DNA from: Octopus vulgaris
Lineage: Eukaryota
Reading direction: 5' to 3'
DNA: 64,000 nucleotides
Assembly: GCA_951406725.2 (NCBI GenBank)
Contig: OX597820.1
Location: forward strand, 123,132,001-123,196,000
Positions 55,400 to 64,000 of the stretch are shown here, in pieces (the first letter of the stretch is position 1; each line of letters opens with the position of its first letter). The translations under genes and the position numbers were made by a program. The notes under the pieces were generated by a model. It was given only the letters and a program-made list of their open reading frames with translations. It did no database searches and was not told the DNA's origin.

Positions 55400-57670
55400 G
55401 AAGTAAGAGAGAGATTGCCAGCTTTAAAAGGCACCAACAGAAGGAAGTTGCTAGAAATGACTAGGAAAGAAGATTCTGTTATCAGTAGGGTAGATCCTAA
55501 AAATATAGGAGACACTAACTTATTGATCTGCGTAGGAGGGGTGGTAATCACCAGAAGATTAGATATCTCACAGCGAAAGATTAAAAAAATCAAATGTGGA
55601 AAAGGAGACAACAAAATAAAGTGAAGGCTTTAAGACAAGATCTGAGTAGAACAGAAGCAAATAAGTTAGGAAACACACGATGCAAATCTTCCTCGAGAAA
55701 ATAGCGTATCAGTAGCAGGCAAGCTCTCCAGATATCAGAAAAGACTAAATCAGTATAAAAAAAATAGATTTTTTGAGACAGGCCAGAGGAGATTTTATAA
55801 CCAAATAAATAGTGGAGAACGAAGTACTGAAGATGAGAAACCTAATGCAGAAGAAGCTAGAAAGGTGTAAAAAATTATTTGGGATAAGTCAGTCAATTAT
55901 AATGGAGGTGCAGTATGGATAAAGAAAGTGAGGGAAGAAGTAGTGAGGGAGAATCAGCCAAATCTAAGATGATTAACTATGGCATTAATGAGTAAAGTGT
56001 TAGGAAAATGTCGAATTGGAAGGGCCCAGGACCAGATTTAGTTCAAGGGTACTGGTTAAAGAAATTTAGTAGTTTACATGGAAGGCTGAGGGAACGACTT
56101 CAAGATTGCCTTAATGGTGGAATAATACCAGATTTGATATCAAGAAGGAGGACAATATTCATTATGAAGGATAAGAGTTAGGGTAATTCAGCTAACTACT
56201 ATAGACCAATCACTTGCTTACCATTAGCGTGGAAGCTCTTGACAGGAATGCTTTCAGCATGCATTTATGAACACCTTCAAAACTAGAATTTACTGCCAGA
56301 AAAACAGAAAGGTTGCAGGAAGAAGCCTAGAGGAACGCATGATCTATTATACATAGACTATGCAGTTTTAAATGAAGTAAAAGCTAAAAAGAAAATCTAA
56401 CAATATCATGGCTAAATTATAAGAAAGCCTATGACATGATACCACTTATTGATAAGTGAATGTTTGAGTATATTCAGTACAGCAGACAACATAAGAGAAT
56501 TAATTAGCTTTAGCATGAAGAAATAGAAAGAAGGTAAATTAATATCAAGAGAGGGATTTTCAAAGGAGACTCGTTATCTCCTTTGATATTTGTCTTATGC
56601 TTGATCCCCCTCAGGAAGGCAAAAGCGTGGTACCGATTCAGGAAGCGTAAGGGGGAAAATTAGCCATTTAGTCTACATGGATGATCGGAAACTTTTTGGT
56701 AAGAATAAAAAGGAGATAGATTCCTTAATACATACTGTAAGACTCTTCAGCAAAGATACAGACATGGAATTTGGTATAGCTAAGTGTGCAATGTTAATAA
56801 TGCATCCAATTACCTGATGGCCAGACATTAAAAACATTAAAAGAAGGATAGCGTCATAAGTATCTCAGAGTATAAGAATCTGGCAGAGTACCAACAATAG
56901 AAATGAAAACGAAAATTAAGGAGTACATCAGAAGGGTTATGAAGCTAATGAAGTCAAAGCTAAATGGTCCGAATAAAGTGAGGGCTGTAAATACATGGGC
57001 AGTATCATTACTTAGATACTCAGCAGCTTTTGTAGATTGAACAAAAAATGAATTAGCAAAGCTAGACAGAAGAACTAGGAAGAAATTCAATATGAATGGA
57101 GGACTCCACCCAAGGGTAGGAGTAGCAAGTTTATACTTACCTAGAAAGGAAGTTGGAAGAGGGTTGATATCAGTAGAAGACTGCGTGGAGTTAGCTAGAG
57201 TAGATATAGCTTCCTATGTAGGTAATAGTGAAGAAACCAAAACACCAAACGAAGTTAAAACTAGAAAAAAACAGAAATGATTTGACTGGCAGGAGAAGGC
57301 GTTTCATGGTAGATTCCCAAAGATAGTTTCAGCAAATAGTAGTAGTGAGTCATGGTTATGGTTGCAAAAAGGGAAGCTGAAAAGTGAAACAGATAGTTTC
57401 TTGGTAGCAACACAAGATAAGGCATTAAGGACTAATTGGATAACAGCCAAGATAGACAAAAACAAGTAAATTCTCAATGTAGGTTATACAAATCAAAAGC
57501 GTTGCTCATATAGTAAATGAATGTGGCATGCTGGCACAGAAAGAAAACTCGAAAAGACATGACAACCTATAGAGAGCAATCCACTGGGACTTATGTAGAA
57601 AGCTATGATTTGAACATACTGATAAATGGTATGAACACGAACCTAGTAAATTACTAGAAAATAAGAAATA
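55400..57670 (+). pseudogene. long R4/Dong-like non-LTR retrotransposon remnant
   Basis: NWKGPGPDLVQGYWLKKF, NYRPITCLP, KQKGCRK, NYKKAYD, IKRGIFKGDSLSPLIF, YMDD, LHPRVGVASLYLPRKEVGRGL, HIVNECG, KRHDN; many stops and frameshifts. Confidence 0.88.
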
Positions 57671-58130
57671 CGTAGGCATATATGCACACACACACGTACA
57701 AACATAAATTTTGTTTCACTTTTATTTCATTCCATGAAAAGAAATTTTACTTTATTTTCCTTTTCTCTTACTTTCTTTTATTCATTATATTAATTTACCC
57801 ATATATTATTTAACCCATCATTCATGGTTGTTACTATTATTGAATTAAAATAAAAGGAATAATTTAACACACACACATACACACACATACATACACGCCT
57901 TGTAAAAATGTTTATATATTCTGTATATTCAGAAAGTATCCTAGCGTAATCCATATTGTCCTCTGAAAACCCTGATGATTTTCCTTATAAGGTATTTAAA
58001 ATGCAAAAGTATATTTTTATATATGTTTTGTAATTTCAACCTTAATTGAGAACTGAAACAACTGTTGGTTAATATATTGATTAATTAATACATTTATTTG
58101 TATCCATTAGACTTATATATATATATATAA

Positions 58131-58302
58131 TATTATATTAAATTAAAGACAAAACCACTATTAGGCAAATCATACAATGAAAAACTTAAGCCAATACATA
58201 AGATTATTTAATTTATATTATTTAAATAATCTTAAGTATTGGCTTAAGTTTTTCATTGTATGATTTGCCTAATAGTGGTTTTGTCTCTAATTTAATATAA
58301 TA
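58131..58302. repeat. ~170-bp palindrome next to the large PLE
   Basis: GACAAAACCACTATTAGGCAAATCATACAATGAAAAACTTAAGCCAATAC and its reverse complement; flanked by (TA)n. Confidence 0.9.
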
Positions 58303-58438
58303 TAATATTTTACTATAAAGTTGGATTCAATCCTAAATCTGATTTTTCCCTGTAAGTTTGGATTTATTCCTAATATTTATTATTATATATATATATGAAT
58401 AAAAAATGGAGTTAACGCAGGTTTAAACAAGTATTTTT

Positions 58439-58524
58439 ACTTTCGGCACATGTTTCGAAAATTCCACTGATACTATTCAAAAGAATAAATGGTATAAACA
58501 ATGCAATCTTCTCTTCGGGAAAGT
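58439..58524 (-). ncRNA. hammerhead motif of the left arm (site mutated to GCC)
   Basis: Minus strand: ACTTTC-CCGAAGA-GAAGATT..AATTTTC-GAAA-CATGT-GCC-GAAAGT. Confidence 0.6.
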
Positions 58525-58725
58525 GAAAAAAACGAAATTCGTCAATACGACATTTTAGCAAAAAATGATGGATTTGTATAGCGATAGACAGAACGCTATT
58601 AATATTGTTTAAAAAAACATTATATGATATAACGTCATAAGTAGCTAACAGAAAGAGTAGGGATATTAATAGTGAATGTTAAATATAAAGAAAATTAAAG
58701 TTTAAATTATATATAATGATAGAGA

Positions 58726-59362
58726 CTACTTATATGCACTAAATGTATGTTTCTGCCAATGCTTACATCTGTATGCTCGTTCTATAACCGTGTTTACTAG
58801 AGTATTTTTAGAAAAAATAATGAAAAATAGCTCAGAATTGCAGAGAAGACAGAATTTCTTGCCTTTGTCATATGGTATCGAAATTGAGAGGATCAACCAT
58901 TCTAAATGAAATTGTTCATTGTGGTCTTTTAAATCCCAAATCAGTTTGCTGAGACCGGTACTATTCCGTTTATTTCTATCCCTAAATGTTGAGTAATGGA
59001 TAGAAATTCTTTTAGATAACTCTAACGATGTGCTTCCAATGTAAAATCGTACTTTATTACGAGTACTGATTATACACTGGTATATAGAATTTTTAATCTT
59101 AGAGTTACTTGACATAAATTTAATTCTATTGGAATTGACTTCAGATACAATAACCTTGTTATTAATATTTCTAGAGGGTTGGATGGTATTAGCTAAATTA
59201 ATGTTAGTATTAGTAAATGTATTAATATTTAACAGTTTGTTATTATGAGAAGATATAATTTGCAAGAGATTTTTTGTGTTTGAAAAACCTATCCTAACCT
59301 TATGTGAATTAATTATAGAGTAATATCTAGAATTGTTTGGAAAATTCCTAGCAATATCGATC
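58726..59362 (-). CDS. PLE linker + GIY-YIG endonuclease, inverted copy (open frame, no true ATG)
   Basis: SIYQCII..FYIGSTS..KRISIHYSTF..TGLSKLIWDLK..W..CLLCNSE..LVN..RCKH. The frame is open back to the inversion junction. Confidence 0.75.
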
Positions 59363-59399
59363 TAAAAGTAAATATAACACCTTCAAAAGTAATTACTCT

Positions 59400-60113
59400 A
59401 TGAATACTAGTAAAAATATTTGGTTAATAATTCCTTACGGGAGACAAATTAAATCTAATCTCCCACTGCTGTTTCGTCAAGCTATTGCTAGGAATTTTCC
59501 AAACAATTCTAGACATTACTCTATAATTAATTCACATAAGGTTAGGATAGGTTTTTCAAACACAAAATATCTCTTGCAAATTATATCTTCTCATAATAAC
59601 AAACTGTTAAATATTAATACATTTACTAATACTAACATTAATTTAGCTAATACCATCCAACCCTCTAGAAATATTAATAACAAGGTTATTGTATCTGAAG
59701 TCAATTCCAATAGAATTAAATTTATGTCAAGTAACTCTAAGATTAAAAATTCTATATACCAGTGTATAATCAGTACTCGTAATAAAGTACGATTTTACAT
59801 TGGAAGCACATCGTTAGAGTTATCTAAAAGAATTTCTATCAATTACTCAACATTTAGGGATAGAAATAAACGGAATAGTACCGGTCTCAGCAAACTGATT
59901 TGGGATTTAAAAGACCACAATGAACAATTTCATTTAGAATGGTTGATCCTCTCAATTTCGATACCATATGACAAAGGCAAGAAATTTTGTCTTCTCTGCA
60001 ATTCTGAGCTATTTTTCATTATTTTTTCTAAAAATACTCTAGTAAACACGGTTATAGAACGAGCATACAGATGTAAGCATTGGCAGAAACATACATTTAG
60101 TGCATATAAGTAG
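59400..60113 (+). CDS. PLE C-terminal region (RT thumb/linker + GIY-YIG endonuclease), 237 aa
   Basis: IWLIIPY..NFP..IINSHKVRIGFS..IISSHNNKL, then IY..YIG.T, R, E, N and CxxC/CxH. The frame stays open upstream to 59352, so the ATG is probably internal. Confidence 0.85.
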   Translation: MNTSKNIWLIIPYGRQIKSNLPLLFRQAIARNFPNNSRHYSIINSHKVRIGFSNTKYLLQIISSHNNKLLNINTFTNTNINLANTIQPSRNINNKVIVSEVNSNRIKFMSSNSKIKNSIYQCIISTRNKVRFYIGSTSLELSKRISINYSTFRDRNKRNSTGLSKLIWDLKDHNEQFHLEWLILSISIPYDKGKKFCLLCNSELFFIIFSKNTLVNTVIERAYRCKHWQKHTFSAYK

Positions 60114-60314
60114 TCTCTATCATTATATATAATTTAAACTTTAATTTTCTTTATATTTAACATTCACTATTAATATCCCTACTCTTTCTGTTAGCTACTT
60201 ATGACGTTATATCATATAATGTTTTTTTAAACAATATTAATAGCGTTCTGTCTATCGCTATACAAATCCATCATTTTTTGCTAAAATGTCGTATTGACGA
60301 ATTTCGTTTTTTTC

Positions 60315-60400
60315 ACTTTCCCGAAGAGAAGATTGCATTGTTTATACCATTTATTCTTTTGAATAGTATCAGTGGAATTTTTGAAACATGTGTCGAAAGT
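60315..60400 (+). ncRNA. hammerhead motif of the right arm (CCGAAGA core variant, GUC site)
   Basis: ACTTTC-CCGAAGA-GAAGATT..AATTTTT-GAAA-CATGT-GTC-GAAAGT; homologous to the canonical HHR at 16497-16578. Confidence 0.75.
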
Positions 60401-60879
60401 AAAAATACTTGTTTAAACCTGCGTTAACTCCATTTTTTATTCATATTATTCAAAATATTCAACGTAAACTCGAAGTTTCAACCTTTATAACAAGGAGTTA
60501 CAACACCTTTACTCGTGAGATTTTTGCTGCCCTGGTAACTATTTATGTATTTTTCCATGTTAATTGTTAACAAGGTAAAAATACACTCATCTATTTATAA
60601 TATATATATATATATATACACGAGTGGGTTGACGACTAGTATCACCCTTGAAACTCAAGAGTACCAACTAATTTGAATCAAACTGTTTTGATCCATGTGT
60701 GTGTGAGAGAGAAAGAGAGAGAGAGTGTGTGTGTGTGGTAAATGAGAACGGAAGTTGGAAGATACGATTATTAGATAGCTACATGGTGTTTATAAGAATG
60801 GTGTCATTAATGCTAAACTTAGTTCACTCATACCTTAAGGTAAATTATGTTAACAGTTACTCAAATTCATTCCCACTGC

Positions 60880-61615
60880 ACTGTGCGAAATTGCACTTAT
60901 GTATATGTAAGCATCTTGAGAGTCTTTCAGAAATTCTATTAATGATCTCATTGGTTCACATAATAGACAGTGCTTATTCGGAGCTGATTCGGCATCTACT
61001 GGAAATTATATTACATGGTTTTGCGTGCTTTAATATGGACCGAGTTATGTTATACTTAATTTGATCCTCGCTACACAAAATCGGGCAAAGATGTTGAATG
61101 TCTCTTATTGATTTTCTTGAAGCTGGCGACATGGTTGCGATAATGATTCTTGAATGAATCGGCCGTTTGCCCAATGTAAACATACGGCCCTCCCCTTGTG
61201 TGCACGGTATATTTATATACAAGATTTGTACTTATACAGAAGTTCATCAATGGACATATTGATTTTTCTCAGCATGACCATTTATTATATTTATTTGTAT
61301 ATGGGGCAGGTTTGACTTTATTTTCCGGTGTTGTTACCATGTTAACTGTATCATGATCATTTCTACTATAACGATTTGGCTGTATTTCATGCTTTTCATT
61401 GCGGTTGACATCACCGTTGTTGCTATTTTGATGCATATGTTTGCTAGATCCAGTAGGTGGGTTATTGAACTGTTGTTCCATCTTACTATTTATGCGGTGC
61501 ATATGCTGCTCTAAATTAATAGGGTTAGCATAAGATACCTTCTCGGTATGTCGATTATAAATGGCATGTTCTCTATTTGATTTAGGGAAACACTTGTCGA
61601 AAGCGGCAAAATATT
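60880..61615 (-). pseudogene. older PLE thumb/linker/GIY-YIG remnant
   Basis: FDKCFPKSNREHAIYNRHTEKVSYAN..WSC*EKSICPLMNFCISTNLVYKYTV..YVYIGQTADSFKNHYRNHVASFKK..TSL. Confidence 0.85.
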
Positions 61616-61686
61616 AATTGTAAGTTTGGATTTTATTCCCTCAAATAATAATTATTATTATATATAAGTATATATATATATATACT

Positions 61687-61864
<178 letters not shown>

Positions 61865-62489
61865 AGTCTGTGTGTGTGTGTGTGTGTGTGTGTGTACATG
61901 TACATGTATGTATGTGTGCGTGCGTGTATGTGTATGTATAGCTATATGAAATCTCTGAGCGAGATGTAAACAGTAACAATACGGAGTCGTAACATATAAT
62001 TGCCAACCAAGTGTGGCGTCCTATACGGGACAGTGCTACTGACGTTTATAGCCCCAGGAAGACATCTCTTCCAGCTGGCTAACGACACACGTTCTGTATC
62101 CGATTAGTATTTGCTATGGGAGGTCATCGCTCCCATCCCTAGCCTTACGTGATACATGTATATATATATAATTAAAATTCAGTTGAATTAGGCACTTAAA
62201 TTGAAGCACAGTGCTACCTCGGTATGACACGCATACCCAAACAATATTAATTGAAAATTGAATATCAAGATTCCGTGCAGGGGTGTTTGTACCTGATATA
62301 CCTGCTGTGTGTGCAGGCAACGCAACCCATCTAAGTGAAGATATCCGCTCTTGGTAATTCAGACATGTACTTTTATAAAGGTACTTTCTATAGTATTTCC
62401 GAAGTGTAGATTCCAAGTTAGGTGAAACGGCCGTAATGAATTGACACCTGTACATCTTTGTTACTTATATATATATATCATCATCATCA

Positions 62490-62569
<80 letters not shown>

Positions 62570-62619
62570 ATTATTATCATTAAACAAGTGGATAGATTTG
62601 TACCGGCATTGCTGGAAAA

Positions 62620-62950
62620 ATGACTCGAGCAGCCACACAAAGTGAGAGAGCGAGCTAAAGCACCTATCTATGGTGAAAAAAACTCACAAAATGAAGTAAA
62701 CAGATATATTCTTGTGGTATGTGTATTTCTGCCTCTCCTATATCAGGTCTTAGATGCCTTTCCAAAAGTGCTACGCATACTGTTTTATTGTATGCAGCAT
62801 GGTCTCTCGGGAATGAGATTTTCGTTTTGCTGTTGAGGGGCAACAGCTCTCCGATATTTAGAAGATATATTTTTATAACATCTGCCTTGGTGTCACTGGT
62901 GGCCATCCTATATCTGTATACAAATATAGTCGCTATGTTTGATCGCTAAA
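62620..62950 (-). pseudogene. LINE AP-endonuclease N-terminal remnant
   Basis: IKIYLLNIGEL..VCVALLERHLRPDIGEAEIHIP matches ALCIAIVETHLRPDIE at ~10160. Confidence 0.55.
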
Positions 62951-62993
62951 TCCACAAGATTGTTATACTCTCTCTGTTTATTTTCTCTTATTC

Positions 62994-63029
62994 CTTTCTG
63001 TTGAAGAGCGTAGGCTCGAAACGTAAAAG
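62994..63029 (+). ncRNA. minimal hammerhead motif, probably inactive (A6U)
   Basis: CTTT-CTGTTGA-A-GAGC GTAG GCTC-GAAA-CG-TA-AAAG; helix III is the palindrome ACGT. Confidence 0.55.
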
Positions 63030-63176
63030 ACTTTTTCATTTTCCCGAGCGTCAGACTAACACCTTCTTGTTGTTCATACACCTGTCTTCGTCTTTTATTT
63101 CTCTGTAAATTTCAACTATACATACATAAATATATATACATATAGACATGTACATATATATACATACATACATACA

Positions 63177-63450
63177 TGGCGGCTGTCCCCTCGTTATCGA
63201 GTATGGCCATTGCACGAAGCTTAATCAATGTTGTTATCGTGCAATGCCTGTGCAAGAAGATATTTTTTAAAGTGAGGAAAGGCTGTGCACTGAATCAATC
63301 CCACTCACTAAGCAACAGCAGCCATAATCCGAAAAGAAGAACAAGTCAACATCATCGGTAACCGCTGAGCCGCAGGTTTTATGTCGGAGTTATCCCAGTT
63401 ACCTGAGTTACCTTCTCCTAGAAGGATGCCCTAACAAAGGCTAGGAGTCC

Positions 63451-63452
<2 letters not shown>
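63177..63452 (-). mobile_element. short non-autonomous RTE derivative in (TACA)n
   Basis: Last ~45 nt are nearly identical to the RTE end at 22505-22545; the rest is non-coding and unrelated to that copy. Confidence 0.65.
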
Positions 63453-63481
<29 letters not shown>

Positions 63482-63525
63482 CATACATACATACATACAT
63501 ACATACATACATACATACAACATAC

Positions 63526-63583
<58 letters not shown>

Positions 63584-64000
63584 TTCGTTTCATATAGTGG
63601 TCGTATACTATCAACTCAATGTGACAGTCCCGTGAGGGAATTACACCACCGCCATTTAGCCCTAGGAAACATCGACGTCTCCTGTTGGCTTTGACACAAA
63701 GTGCACTTTGTCGCCATCCTGGTAAAGTGCACTTGGAAAGAGGTAGCATCACTCATGTCGATACCCATGTTCTGCACTGATTTAAGTTCTGGGATTGTAA
63801 TCCTCTGTGGACCAATGTACCCTGTAAGTTTTATATTCAGTTTTGGACACTGGTAGAGCAGGGTTTGGAATTTTTCTTATACATATATATATATATATAT
63901 AAGTTCAGTAAAATTTAGATTCAGATGAATATGGTACTTAAGTTGAAGGCTCCAGAATTTAGTATGTTATTATCCATATAATTTAAAATACGGTTATTAC

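Larger units (their letters stand above)
58393..60600 (+). mobile_element. young 5'-truncated Penelope-like element with an inverted 5' copy (fold-back)
   Basis: Arms 58393-59356 and 59483-60446 are reverse complements around a 126-bp spacer. The right arm continues ~150 bp to (TA)n at ~60600, and the left arm also abuts (TA)n. Confidence 0.9.

Noticed and set aside
57971-58020. CTGATGA core near the PLE (similarly 2516, 32331 and 39795)
   Set aside because: No complete three-helix fold; the heptamer is expected by chance.
59400-60113. Domesticated host nuclease gene or intron homing endonuclease
   Set aside because: The frame is cut at an inversion junction, includes PLE thumb/linker motifs, and is followed by an HHR and (TA)n; a retroelement origin explains it better.

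Overview
AT-rich, microsatellite-saturated animal DNA with no recognisable intact host gene. The SINE families and repeat load suggest a cephalopod such as Octopus; this is inferred, not tested. The window is a graveyard of mobile elements: three tRNA-headed SINE types, R4/Dong-like retrotransposon pieces in (TAA)n, RTE and AP-endonuclease LINE remnants, two mariner relics, a Chapaev3-like transposase pseudogene, and hAT and Merlin-like MITEs. The standout is a Penelope-like element (PLE) system. A young ~2.2-kb fold-back element (964-bp inverted arms, 58393-60446) encodes two divergent GIY-YIG endonuclease frames, each followed by a hammerhead ribozyme (HHR). Three older PLE endonuclease relics and about ten type-I HHR motifs with palindromic helix III are also present; many lie in short non-coding cassettes, some fold-back, next to (TA)n tracts. 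Nearly all ORFs in the supplied track are microsatellite or SINE artefacts. All alignments and folds were done by eye, and boundaries of degenerate elements are approximate.
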